A DNA stretch of 64,000 bases from Selaginella moellendorffii (GCF_000143415.4 NW_003314328.1:399889-463888), one strand, 5' to 3'. Positions 24,433 to 37,838 are shown, numbered from the stretch's first letter. Notes: generated by a model from the letters alone, not told the origin. Numbers and translations: made by a program.

Positions 24433-27334
24433 TTGTGGGTGTATTTCCCTTTTTTCGAATGAGAGTGTGAATAAAGATTTATAAATTCTAGACAGTATGC
24501 TACGACAAACCCCTCAAGAATGTATTCTACAAAGAACCAAGTCTTTCTTTTATATGCAATAAGCTTACATTAATGGTTATTTTTTTTCCTTTCAAACGGT
24601 TATATGGCTTCACATAGAATCTTATTTCAAATTTAATAATTTTTTAATTCTAACAAACCTAACATTTACTAGCCAGAAAGCATAGAGTACAAATTTAAAG
24701 AAGTGACAAGAATACTCTTTTTTCAAACATTTTATTTTATGTTCTAACAAATGTCCCTATCATTGCATGTAGTAAATATTTAAATTATTATAACAAAATG
24801 TGTTCTTTAGAACATTTTTATCTATATAATATATAGAGAGTTATTAAATTATTAGGTTCACCATAACCTTAAAATTTTAAAATTTATAATGTTTGTACTA
24901 AATTACAGTTGAAAATTGAGCTCAACTCGTGAGCTCAAGTATGGTCCATGCCCTTCTTCGGGATGGTGGATTCTTTCTTTGATGATGATTATGCATATCT
25001 CTCTATTGATAGGATGATTGATGATCTTTCATGACGGTTAATTGTTCGCTTTGATGGCTTATGGCTTTTCGCAATACCACATGTTCTTTGTGGTTTGCTC
25101 TGGATTGGTCTATTGGGTTTGAGACATCAATAGGATGTTGCTGACACTTGCTTAAGAAACTTGAGTTCCTTTGTATTGTTGACCGGGATTTATTTAGATT
25201 GGCTAGTGCGATGGTTAGCATGAATGTTATGTTTGTTGGTCTTACCGCATTTATTCTGTTCTGTTGATTATTGCTTGAGTTAGTTCTGATAGATTAGGAT
25301 GTTATTTCCTTCGGATGATACATTCGTGAGCATTGTGCTTGTCAGTCAATGATACTTTGTGTTCTTGAGTTCTCTTTAGTAAGTTGTTTGGCATACTGTC
25401 TACCATTTTCAGTAATTAAGTTTCATCATTGAGTTTCCTTGATAATATACTTGCTATTGAATTTTGTTGGATGGTGATTCCTATGCCTACCAATTGTGAT
25501 GATCTTGGTGGTTCCTATACTATAATATTAATTTATCGGATAATAACTTACTTGGAATACTTTTGTGTTCTAATATACGAATTATTCATTGATAATTAAG
25601 ACTCTAAGATATCATTGTCTCTGACTTTGATATTGTCCATCTATTGATCTTTGGGTTTGGGCCAATATAAGTAAACTAGCTATGGCACTTCGTGTGCATG
25701 GTGAAATCTTTAGTCATGGGGTAGTTACTATCAACTGGTCACATCACCCGCCTCTTTGTCGATGTTCCTTATTCTGTTAAAAGGGCGTGACCGTGTAAAC
25801 AACTCTACCTACTTGTTTATAGCAGTCTATCTAAACCTTACCGACGGGTTTGGTTTCTTTGCTCAAGAGGGTTGGAGCCTCTGGCTTCTCTCTATATGTC
25901 CTTGCGGGTAGGGGCGTATCACACTTTTATAAGTTGGGTGACATCCAAAGCAGCAAGGGTGGCTAACTCCATTGGTCATTTCCTTGTCGGCGATGGCCGA
26001 AAGGTGTCTGAGTGGGTAGCGTATCCGCATTAGACATAGAGGTTACCTTCTAACTCATTTAAGTTGGTGCATTTCTCACATAGTGTGAATACTGTGAACT
26101 TTTTCTAGAGTTGTTTCCTTGGCGGTATTCTAGACTCAAGTATGCATCGATGAAGACGTCGATCTTCCCTAGGGGGGGAGAGTATCGCGAATGTGACTTT
26201 GGGTATCGAAAGTTACCTATCGGTCAGTCCTTGTGGACACTCTTTCCTTACTGCCATGACAACAGGAGGTCAGTACTGCTGGTTCCTATCATTGGCCCCT
26301 CTTGTCCAAGTGTTAGTAAACTGGGCTTAGCATCTGTACTTAGCCAAATGGACATAAGGTAGGAACTCCTATGTGTTTCTAACTGAGCATTCTCGACTTG
26401 GCTTTTCATTCTCTTTTGCTTTGTCTTGCACTTGCTAGTATCAAAAACCACCCGTGATATTGAGCTTGGTCCCTCAATATCGCTAAATGATAGCTTACCA
26501 TGTCTACCAAACACCTTCGCTATCATGCCCTTTGTGTTAGTCTTAATTTGGTCCCAAATGCTAATTATGGAAAGTGTCTAGAGGCATATCTATAGAATGT
26601 AAAGATTGGCCTAAACACAATGGTGTTCGTCCCGTATCCAAATTCACAATCTAGTGCCATTCTATATTTAGTAAGTTTCGAGCTTGTCCCAGAGACTAAC
26701 TTCTGATACTAAGGGAGGCTTGGGGTGAAAGCCCAAAGCATGTGTTTCTCAAGGGGGGGGGGGGCAGGGGGGGACACCGTGGGGGGCTCCAAATGTATAG
26801 TAGGGATAGTGGGTAAGTTAGGCATGGCCAACCAACTTGAAGCATAGTATAGCTCCTGCTTGCGTGTCTGTCCTTGTTTTGCGTCTGGCTTGGGTCTAAG
26901 CCCAAGCTCCACACCATGCTAGCTGATGGGGTACCCATATCCTCGCGTTAGACCACCGGTATGCCGAAATAGCGCCAGACTCCATTTGGCTCTGTTTTGT
27001 ATACTAGTCCTAGCATTGGGATGCTAGTTACTCTAGGACTGTTCCAAGTTGTTTCGGACTTCTATCCCTTCGCTCCTTAGGCTATATGCTTAGGAGTTGT
27101 TCCGTGCTCCAGTGCTAATGTTCTTTGGCACTATACTTAGGAGTTTGGCACTGTTCCTTTATTCAGTGGCCCAAGGCCCTAAACCTCAGATTCCACACCA
27201 CTGTCCTATGGACATGTGGCATGTGACACGTGGCATAAAGAGGGTTTAGGTTCCTCTTCGTGTTGTTATCCTATGGTAAATCACCATAGGATAAAGGGTC
27301 AAAACCACGTGCGTTACAAACACTTAAACCTCAC

Positions 27335-30300
27335 ATCATCCCCTCCTCTTAGAATTATGGAAGATAGTCAAAGTTTTTTAGTGGACAAACTAAGATTTGG
27401 AAGAACATTAGGAAGAGGCATCTATGGATCTATAGGTGGTGTCAGTTGTTCTTGATCCCTTTGTAAAAAGTGTTTCAACTATTGCATATACACAATTTCT
27501 AAAGGATTGGCCTATTCAAAGTCATAATAAACCTCATAAATTTGTGGGGTCCAACTTACTACAAAACTTGATACAATCCCTTCCACTAAGCAAAGAGCCC
27601 TTTAAATAAACTATATATTGTAAGATTGGGAAAATGGACTAATGCCACATCATTCATTTTGTACTTTACAAGTGGATGATGATAAGAGTTGTAACACCAT
27701 TATTGTCCCACTTGTATGCAACCTAGATGTTTGACAGACTCTACTCGAACCAGTGGAAGAATGTTCGTCAAATGCTAATCCCAAATTTAGCTATAAACAA
27801 CCAAAGGGAATGACTCGAAAGACGATCTATGTGGTTAAATATAGAAGGAAAGGGCCCATGAATAAGAGTGCACCCATTTTTCCAATTGGTTAAGGGTCTT
27901 AGGATACTTGGGGTTAAGTGTCCTTGGGTTTGAATAGTACTGAGTTTGCTGACTTCCCGAGAAGTCCAAACTTAGGAGCTTACATTTGGTATCATAGGGG
28001 TCTTGGATCTGACTCTGTTGGTTAGCTAGGGGAATCGCACCATATGTTAATTGACATCTGGCAAGTCTAGTTTGCTCCCACTAGGCTCAACCCGAGGGGT
28101 TAGGTGTCAAGAGATCGGAGCTCTTAGGAAAGTTGTGGCTCTCAGCTTCCATTCATGAGGGCGTGAACTTGTAGGGAAGCATGATGGATTGTAAACAACT
28201 AAAGGGAATGACTTGAAAGATGATCCATGGGGTTCAAATATAGAAGGAAAGGGCCCATGAATAACAATGCATCCCCTTTTCCAATTGGTTAAGGGTCTTA
28301 GGATATTTGGGGTTAAGCGTCCTTGGGTTTGAATAATATTGGGCTGGGTGACCTCTCAGGAAGTCCAAACTCATGAGCTTACACTAGCATCAACAACTCG
28401 TAGCAATTGCAAAGGTAAACTCAACTTTGTTGGTAATATCAAATCATGATTATATAGGAGTTTATATGGTAAAGCACTAACAGAACTTTGCACCCTTATG
28501 ACATATGCATACCAAAGAAACCGTAAATACCATCCTAATTTGAATGCTGAAAATTCATATACTTCACAATCATCCCTTTAAAGGTTTAAACGAACCGTTC
28601 CACCAAACTATCTGACTGTGGATGATAAGCATTTATGAAAGTGTTGTGTATCTTCAATTGAAATATTAAAACATGAAATGCTTTAGCCATAAGTGTGAGA
28701 CTATTATCTAAAAGAATTCGCTCCAGATAGGAATGCTGAAACACCACTTGATTGAAGAGGAAGTATCCAATAGCAGTTACAGATGCATTACCAAGAGCAT
28801 CGACTTTCACCTAATGAGTCAAGTGGTCAAAAGCAATAATGATATACTTATTACTAGCAATTGACTATGGAAAAGGCCTTATTAGATCAAATGCCATCAA
28901 CTAAAATGGAAGGAAAACTGCAATTGACTCCAACCATCCTTCAACATCACAAAGGGGAATATTATGAGCTTGGCACCAAACATAGTTACACATATACTGG
29001 TAATGTTATGTTGCATCTTTAGCCAATAGAAAGACTTACATAGCTTTTTTGTCATACAACAATATCCTATACACTTGCATAGAATAAAAGAATCATGGTA
29101 GGTGTGAAGAAAATGTGGAATAAAGATTGAAGGCACCACTAGTTATAAATGATCATTAGAGTCCATCCCTACAAAATAAAGAAGATCATCCCCAAGGTAA
29201 TATTGAGAATGTAAATGTTAGAATAACAAGTCATCAATAAGTAATGTAAAATTCTTAAACCCATTGCAAAGTCTTTAGATCCATAATTTAACCTTTTGAG
29301 CCTTACGAACTTCATCAAGAGAAGGTAAATTTTTCTTCACACCTTGTGAACACTGAACATAAAGTATAGCAATTGCTGACGGAATAGATTTCTCATCAAA
29401 AAAATTCTATAGATGTTGAAATAACAAGCTCATCAGACATATGAGAAGAGAGAAAAGATGGAAGAAGAGCTCGAGAAAGGGTGTTAGCATCACTTATAAA
29501 ACTTCTTGAATGATGAACAACATTAAAATCATACATTTGAAGCTTTAAAGCCCACCAAGTAATATGACCAACCAAGTTCTTCCACTTCAATAATGAAGTA
29601 ACTATAATATGATTACATTTTAGTAATGTTTAAGAATTATGTAGATATACATGAAGTTTCTTGAAACCCTAAATTACTGCTAAACACTCCTCTATCATAG
29701 AGTAGTTCACCTCCACTAGTTATAATATATAGCTGATATATGCAATAGGATGGCATTGACCAAGCAAACTTGGGCTCTTTTGCATCCTCCCAAATTGATA
29801 TCAAAAGCATCCATACACAAAATGAAAAGTCAAGTGTAATCAGGATACACCATAATTAAATGAGTCATCAATAACTCTTTGAAATCTGTAAATGCCCACT
29901 CACAATCCACGAACTAGATGAAAGACAATGTTGACAACTTCAATAGTGCTTGTAATGGTGTAGTACGATCAAAAAGATAATTAACAAAATAATTGAGATA
30001 TTGCACCTTTTTTAAAAAGCACTACATATCATTCACACATATTAGAGTAGGGAACTTAAGAATAATCATAATTTTTTTAGGATCAACTTGCAAACCTTCA
30101 TTAGAAATATAAAATTTAAAATAAGTGGTATCCTTGGATCCAAACATGCACTTTGATTGCTTTAGTTTTAAACCAACTTCCAATAGTTAATCCAACACTT
30201 TATGAATAATCATAAATGTATTCCTCCCATATCCCCTCTGAGTGGATTAAGATATCATCGATGAATTTAATAATCACTTTCGGCATATCACAAAGAACCT

Positions 30301-31800
30301 CATCCATCATCTACTAGAAAGTCACTGAATCATTATTCAAACCAAATGGCATCACCAAAAACTCATATAAACTAAATGGTATACAAAAAGTAATTTTGGG
30401 AATATTTTCCTCTATCATCAACATTTGCCAATACTTAGAAGCAAGACCTAACTTGAACCAATGATTTCTCCCTAAATGATCTAAAAGATTAATAGTATGA
30501 AGAAGAGGGTACACATTTGAGATTGCCATTTCATTTAACGAATAATAGTTGATGTAAAAATGAATAATCCCATTAAGCTTTGTCATAAAATGAGGTTTAC
30601 ATGCCTAAGGACTCCGAGTGTTATATGCCCAAAGGGTGTTATTCAAAAGTCCTCTTGTTATAAAAATGAACTTGGAAAGTAAACATTGGATGAATGGGTG
30701 TTGAGTGAACCCCTTGACAACACTCCAAAAAAAAAAATAAAAGGGTCACTGACTTATTCATGCAAGAACCCTTCACTGTATGCATGATTCCTTATTTTCC
30801 AAAAACATCTCGGTGCCTAGACATTTCCTCTATAGCAGCACGAAAAAAATGTTATTAAAGCCAAGGTTTCCACCTAGGAAATGAAAGTTGCCAATTTAGA
30901 AAATGCCGACAACACTAATAAATGTGACCAACTTCATCACATGCCCAACCGTTAACATCACGACCACGACTATGTCCTTGCCCTTGTCCTTGAACTTGAG
31001 TAACAGCAGCATCAACCTCCATTGGAACATGACCATTTCCCACTGAAACTAGAGCTGAAGGACATGTAGTGAGAAATGGAAAAGGCAATATCTCATAATG
31101 TTGTGCCAATCGAAGAGCATTGTCAAGGGTGGTTAAAGCAAATGCATACACAAATACTACAAAATCTTAACAAAGTGCTGACCACAACATTCCCAAGTTG
31201 ATCTACTCTGACATATGTGGCTTTGCACGAAGTAAAAGTCTTTAGAAATGAACACTAAATTGCATCACTGATTTAGATGGCCTTTGACAAAGATGATGTA
31301 ATTGTTGGAAGGTTACCATATATCATTCTTAGGATGATACTTGGCATTTGTGTGAGTTTCCCATGTGTCTCTAAAGGATGACACTACAGTGGTATAATGG
31401 TTTGAGTGCAGCCACTTGTGTGGATTGAAGCATTCTCCCAAATGTCTTCAAATGCATATTTGGACACATTGATGTCACCGTAGAGTGATCGAACTAATAG
31501 TATACATCATCCCTAAGATTCTTATGAAAGAACTTCGGCCGAAAGCAATAATTAGTAACAAAAGTAAAAGGAGTTATACCACACACTGTGAATGCTGCCA
31601 TCAACTAAGTTTAATTGTTCAATTGCAATTGCATAACATCGAGCAAAGCTATGCTATATATTAATATTAGTATAGTGAGATTTTGATAGCTGTCGAATTG
31701 GTTTCAATCAGGACCACTTGTTCTTGTGTATAAGCAATGGTTTTTGGGCTAATTGATATACACATTTCTATATTTCATTTCCATATTCCATACACTCATA
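27335..31800 (-). mobile_element. Heavily degenerate Ty3/gypsy retrotransposon
   Basis: In minus-strand order: gag end (GHVPMEVDA, zinc-knuckle remnant ACDEVGH, ~30915-31151), RT (LYEFLVMPFGLNN; FIDDILIHS ~30260), RNase H (WALKLQMYDF...DANTLSR), integrase (AYHPQSDSLVERF) and a PPT (GAGGAGGGGATGA) near 27336-27348. RT-RH-IN is the gypsy order. Confidence 0.85.
27792..28383 (+). mobile_element. TRIM (terminal-repeat retrotransposon in miniature) inserted in the gypsy remnant
   Basis: ~200-bp direct repeats at 27792-27994 and 28190-28383 with T[A/G]TAAAC...TTACA ends, a PBS (TGGTATCA) at 27997, a ~195-bp interior and TSD TTAGC/CTAGC. Confidence 0.85.
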
Positions 31801-32729
31801 TTAGTGGAAATAAGAACTAATTTTGATTATCCCTAAGGAGTGATTTGGGATTTTGGTTTAGATCTAGCTTTTACATTGTCTAAATCTCCCTTTTTTTTTA
31901 TAGTTTTTTCAATTTTTTTCTTTTTCTTTTTTCTTTTTTATTCATCTTCATGGCAGAGTAGTAACCTCCTCCTCTTTTAACTCTAGAATAGCAATTGGTG
32001 CAAATACAATTGGACCTCATAAAGTGATTTTATACAAAATGAATAAATCTTAACTAGAAATTATCGAATAAATATTGACCAATTATTTTTGTAACTCCAA
32101 GAATGACAACTTTTACTTTCAAATTCAAAATTATAATATTATACACTTCATTTCTTCCTTTGCAAAAATAAGTTTTTTGTCATCCCTCTTTATCCCAATC
32201 ATATAAGTTAATCACGAATCATGTTTCAAAATAAAAAATATACATAAAAATGTTTTTGGCAAAAAAGTTATGGTCAATTGATAATTTAAACTTTCTGATA
32301 CTGAAACTTCCAAACATTGTAATATATTGCGAATTTATTTAAAAAAGAGAAAATAACACAATCTTCAATGCTCCAAGGTCTCTTTGATCTTGACTTATAT
32401 ACTTAAGAAAATATTATTTATTATAAGTATTTTTTATCTTTTAAAGTAATTTAAAACACCAAAAAAATGTTATCCTTTTCTTATTGATTATTTTATAAAA
32501 GTTTAACTTTGATCATGAGAATTCAGTATAGCTCCATGAACCCTTGCTTACCTTTAGCAAGATTGTTGCCCAATATGCCCTGCTTACCTTTAACAAGATT
32601 GTTGCACCTATTTACACCCTAAAAAAACGGGCTTTTTGAAATCTCTTTTGTTTTTTTTTTGTTTTTTTTTGTTTTTTTTCTTTTTTGTAAACTCTCGTCC
32701 CAGGACCTAGTAGCAGTGATATGGCTTGG

Positions 32730-34992
32730 CTAATGCCAGCCTAGCACATTATCAAGGAAAGCAATACTAGCTATGGACAAAGGATATAACACCAGTACTG
32801 GGAGAGAGAGCCAAGAAGGAAAAGTCATTCTTGATCCCCCGAGCACACCAACAAAGAATGTGGTGATCAGTATAGCCGTCACCTGAAAACGAGCAAGCGT
32901 AAGGCGAGAGAAAAAGCTTTTGCAATCAAATCTTGCTACCTCGCTAGAGAAATCCCACGTCAACCCTCTCGTATACACCAAGCCAAGGAAAATTCCAAGG
33001 CAGCTGAAGCAAAGTCGATGTTAAGAGAGTTCCAAAGAAGCAAGGCAAAGATCTTACAGTGTATTGTTCATTGTCACCGCACCATAAATCTGAGAAAATG
33101 TGAGCGAGATGTTTCTCTTCCGCCTCTTTTGTGCAAAGCTGATGCTGGAGACGAGCTCGCTCGCGTTAGACGCAAGTGGAGTGAACACAAAGGCGATAAA
33201 GAAAGGAGGTATCTGTGATGCCTGTGCAAATCCATTGATGCTGTTGACAAGAGGATCTGCGAAAGCAGCCGCAAGCAAGCTCCCCGAGAGGAGATAGAGG
33301 ATGGCTTCAACGTACAGCTTCGAGGATCCAGGTTGGCTTTTATCATCCTCCACCTCGTCAATATCCTGCTCGAGGAGCCGCAAGACCTGTCAAGAAAGGA
33401 AATGTTATCAAACGTTTCCTACAAGGCCACAATGAAGAACAAACCTTTTCTGCTTCTTCAGACTTGGCTGCCCAAAAGTTCGGCTCGTCCGAGGTTTCCA
33501 GTTGGTGTAACGCTCGTAAATGCTTCACTTTCGCGACTTGCACAGCCCACTTGTTCAGTCCCTCGACGAACTCATGTTGAGCAATGGATTTGTTTGCGTC
33601 AACATCGAACTCCTTCAGCCAGTTGTCGATCAAATCGCGAGACATGGCGTCCCTGACAATAAGTGCTCAAAACAATGAGCGACAAAAGAAGGCGACTCAT
33701 GTACCCGTTTGTTTCGATCCCAAGGCCGACCATGAACGCCTCCAGTTCATCTTTTTCGATTTTCCCGTCGGCATTCTTGTCGAAGCAAATGAAAATGTTT
33801 TCCAGCTTTTCTCTCCCGAATGCTGCAAGCTTCTTTTCCTAATAAAAAATGAAATATAAATACACATAGTGATATCCAAGTGGTATCCATTAGTACCTTG
33901 CTCTCTATGGACGAATACGAGGATACTTTTTGTAAAACGCGAGTTTTGAGAAATCCAAGGCGTGCCTCATCAATCCTTTTTTGTTGCAACCACGGAAACG
34001 CCACCTTCAGCCACAAAAGCAATTCAACGTCAAGAGCGTAAACGGAGTATGCTTCAGCTTGCCTGGTATGCGCAATAAACAAAAAGTCCAACGCATGAGA
34101 TTGCAGAACCAATGAAGGCAGCTTCTGGGCCTTCAGAGGGATGACCATCCAGTAGAGGAACTTGAGCACAAATGAGAGGAAGCGTAGACGCGATCATAAT
34201 CCAGGCACCCCATCTTTCAAAGTTTAGAAACACGGTCAATCTGCAGAGATCTTACGAGACCAAGTTACGTACCTTGTTTGCGTATCAACCGTAACACCAG
34301 TATGGAAAAGATCGTACTTTTTCGTTAGCACTTCATCTTTCGCTGTTCTATCGGAAGAACTCAAGTCACAGCGCCCAGCCAGAAGCGATCCAGCCCATGC
34401 AAGCGTGAGGAGAAGCGTCGTGGAGCCTGCTAAGACGCCTACTCCCACCATCACCTCCTCCTGCGCCTGAAAAAAAGACCTGCTTCACCAAGTTAGAGCT
34501 TACTCGAAAAAAGCTATGGAGCTCAGAGTTTACCTCTTGAATGCTTCCCCCTGTACCAGATGCTAGAATCAACAATGTATCCGGAAGAGCTCCCAGAATC
34601 GGTAGAAGCAGACCACCAATCAGACCTGGATTCATCACCTGTAGAAACCGAGAATCTGTAAAAGCTAGCTATGGTTTTCGGGTTTTGTTTACCTCGAGAA
34701 GGACTTCACTGCCTTTGGAGATAAATCTCGCAGCTACGAGAAGTAAGCAACCAAAAGTGGCCATGAGGAAGAGGTTCCCGCCGATGTTAGACGAGCAAGG
34801 AAGGAAGCCATAGCTCTCCTCACAAAGGTTCTCGCATTGAGGAGCAGCTTGGCTGCTTTGCTCCGGAATAGTGGCAGTGGCCATTGTGCTAGCAATCACT
34901 TCCTGCGCCGCTTGAGAGGATTGAGTTGGATTTGGTGCCGCCAGCGCGCCGGGAGAGGATGAAAGCAGCAGTAGAGGCAGTGTTAAGTTCAT
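32730..34992 (-). CDS. NCL: Na+/Ca2+ exchanger-like EF-hand protein (multi-exon)
   Basis: CEESYGFLPCS, GLIGGLLLPILGALPD, GVGVLAGST, EF-hands FDKNADGKIEKDE and FDVDANKSIAQHEF, PLASNASELVS, SQIYGAVTMNN; short GT-AG introns. Confidence 0.92.
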
Positions 34993-35453
34993 CACACTTT
35001 GATAGCTTCTCTAGACAGGAAAAAAAAAGGAAGAAAAGCGTGAGCTCGCATAGCTAGAAATTAGAGAAGAAAATGAAAGACCTTGATCGCAAGAGAGCTC
35101 CATTCTCGCCGTGCAGCCTTGAAACCCTCTGCTCTGGAGTGGAGTGAAAAGAAAGCACCAAAACGATTGCCTTGCCTCGATCGGACGCATTTTCCAGGGA
35201 AATCTTTCCTGCATTGCAAGTAATGCATAGCTATGAGCAAGAGAATGATCGAGATTACCTAGCGCACGCACTATATAGACGCGTATGGCGCGCTTGGAAC
35301 TCCGTGGGAACGAAGAGCGCCATAGCCTATCCGAGAATTTAACAAAATCCTAACACTATTTGAGTTATTTATTAGGGCTCATTATCCAAAAGTGAAATAT
35401 TCATTTCGCCCTAAGCTTAAGCCCTAAATTTTTGGGCGCAGTGGAGGAAAGGC

Positions 35454-37838
35454 ATGGCGTCGTGGCGCTCCCTTCGCGGCTTCCGGCAGGCGCGAACGCT
35501 CTTCTCAGGTAGCGCTCGCATCTCAGCTCCTAGATTTCCAGAGCGCCGGGAGATTTTGATTCCAAGCGCGCTTCTGTGGAAAATGCAGGGAGAGCGGCTT
35601 CCAAGCGGCTGTCCCATTGCTCCGGATCGTCCATTAGAGATGGGCCTGGCACCACCGGACGCTGCTACGCTACTGCATCGGTCGCGGCGGTGAATACCTA
35701 CGCGAATGACCTCGATTCGTACAATAAGGCACTGCAAACCCTCAACTTCAAGAGGAGGTGAGTCTAAGTTTTAGGTGGAGTGGCAGCAACAAAGAAAGGA
35801 AAAGAAGAAAAAGATCCGAGAGCGATTCGATTTTTTTCTTCCTCCTTTTGACATGGGCTTTTCAGCTCAGGCATTACTTACTCCGGGACGTTTATGACGA
35901 AATGCTGGTGGATGGTGTGCAGCCTGGGCCGGCTACATTTCACTTGCTTCTCTCGGGCTGCATGAAAGGTTCACGTCTCCAAGATACAATGTTTTTCTTC
36001 GAACAGATGAGAACTATGGGAATTATTCCAGACGTATGAAGCTCTTTCGCTGGATATTTGCCTACTGATAGGCCTTATTGCTTTCTTTGCTTCTGCTATA
36101 GGTGGCAACGTACAGTCTCGTCATTGCTGCGTGTGGGAAATGCAATCAACTTAGCCGCGCTTTTCGGGTATGAGTTCGCTAAAGTTCCCTGGCTGCTACT
36201 AAACTTTGTTTTTCAGGTGGGAGAGGAGATGGAAGCTTCGGGAGTACAACCAAAGCTGGAGACCTTCGTTGCGCTTTTGAGTGCTTGCGGAGTAGCGGGT
36301 GACACTGATAAAGCGTAACACTTCCAATTCATGCAATTCGGAGGTTTCCTTAGACTTCCTTCTGGGATTCTTTAGCCTGCTTGTTGAGAGATAGTTTCAT
36401 ACGGTCATGTTTGTGTTCTTGACAGACTGCGTCAGTAGTTCGTTGTTTTTATCCTTGTTTGTCTAACCTCTTCTCTTTTTTCCCTTTGTTTTGTCAGCTT
36501 CGAGATCTTACGAAGGATGACAACCTACGGAATCACTTTCAATGAGTACTGCTACAGTGCGCTGATAGCCGCTTACAAGAATCGAAAGCCCATTCAGCCT
36601 GATACGTTTGACAAGGTTTGATTGAATTCATAATTTGCTTAAACCAATGTAGTTTTGTAGATATACGAGATTGTAAAGAAGTCGAAGGCTTTGGCCTCCG
36701 AAGATCTCAGAGCCCGTGCAGCCACCGGTGAAGCCGAGATATCTACCGATCTGCAAGACGAGTTCTGCTCTTTGATAACCGGAGAGGGTCAGATGAGGCG
36801 CGGTGCCTTTAATCGGCGGATGCTCGTATATCATTCGGCATTGCGTGCAGCTGCAGACTTGAAAAATCTAGAGGTATACACGTTTTCACTCTATATTGAT
36901 CTCACTGTTTCAAGCTTCTAGGGTCTGAAAAAGATTTGCGAGATGATGGTGACGGATCGTCTCTTTCCCGACGCGTTTTGCGTGTCTCAACTGATAAGGT
37001 GCTACTTCAACTTCCTGGGATATACATTGCAAACTATTTTGTCTCTGTAGGGGATACGTTGCTGCAGGAGACACTGAGAGCGCATTAGAGTGTTTCAACA
37101 AGCATATCAATTCTGGCCGACCTGTGAATTTGGACCTCTACATGGTTAGTCTGTTCCATGTCGTCTACGCTGCTTATTCTGTCTTCCTGCAGGTGATGAT
37201 TCAGGGAGCGATGACCAATTATACTCCAGCGGGTATGACCACAGCCAAAAAGCTTCTGGTAATTCATTTCTGTTATTTTGTTTATATTGATATTGGCCCT
37301 GTCCAGCGGCAACTGGAGGAAAAGGGCTTCTATTTGAATCCTAAAGTTGGAAGTGATATGCTAGCGTTCGCATCGAAGGAACCGGTAGATAACATTATTC
37401 TTTCAGGCCGGAACGTCATGTTGATATCATTGTGCTGCAGGAGGGGGATTTCACAACTGCAAACCTCATATGGGACATGATGATGCGTAAGAGCTTGAGG
37501 CCCACAAGACTGGCAAGCCAAGCGTACCTTGATGGACTTCAGGTGAATGTGTGCTTATGTTCCGTAACCTTTCTCATTTACTTGCATCTAGGGACGTGAG
37601 ATACCTGATGACGACCCCAGGATAGCCAGTGTAAAAGCTGCACTCAAAACCAGCTCGCCGTTCATGGCCGAGCTGCAGCAGCAACAACAGCAGAGGGGAA
37701 GGGTAGGATTTCGGCCTGGAAATGTTCCGCTAAGCATGTAAGGACCGGATGTAGTTTCCTTTCCTTCTTTGATGCTAACTATGAAATTTCGACAGGATCA
37801 ATCGCCGCCAACAGCCTGCACAACGGCCTCGCGTCTAA
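35454..37838 (+). CDS. P-class pentatricopeptide repeat protein, probably mitochondrial (resembles Arabidopsis At4g35850), multi-exon
   Basis: Arg/Ser-rich presequence MASWRSLRGFRQARTLFS; RRHYLLRDVYDEMLVDGVQP; CMKGSRLQDTMFFFEQM; FNEYCYSALIAAY. The last exon ends TAA at 37838. Confidence 0.8.

Larger units (their letters stand above)
13305..24953 (+). mobile_element. Full-length Mutator-superfamily (MULE) DNA transposon with short imperfect TIRs and three cargo genes
   Basis: The left end is GGGGATGGTCCAAAGTTGAGTTGAGCTCATGAGTTGAGCTCAATTCAAC; the reverse complement of the right end is GGGCATGGACCATACTTGAGCTCACGAGTTGAGCTCAATTTTCAAC. The same termini bound the second copy (1445, 5017). A degenerate 9-bp TSD is possible (CACTTTGAG/TTCTTCGGG, 5/9). 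It contains a MULE-type transposase. Confidence 0.85.
11880..27318 (+). mobile_element. Non-autonomous LTR retroelement (LTRs 11880-13024 and 26183-27318; ~1.5 kb non-coding interior) interrupted by the Mutator-like element
   Basis: Two ~1.14-kb direct repeats with TG(TA)...CA ends. A tRNA-iMet PBS (TGGTATCAAAG) follows LTR1 at ~13027, and a polypurine tract (AGGGGGGGAGAG) precedes LTR2. The 5-bp target duplication is GACAC/AACAC (4/5). No gag or pol motifs were seen. Confidence 0.9.
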
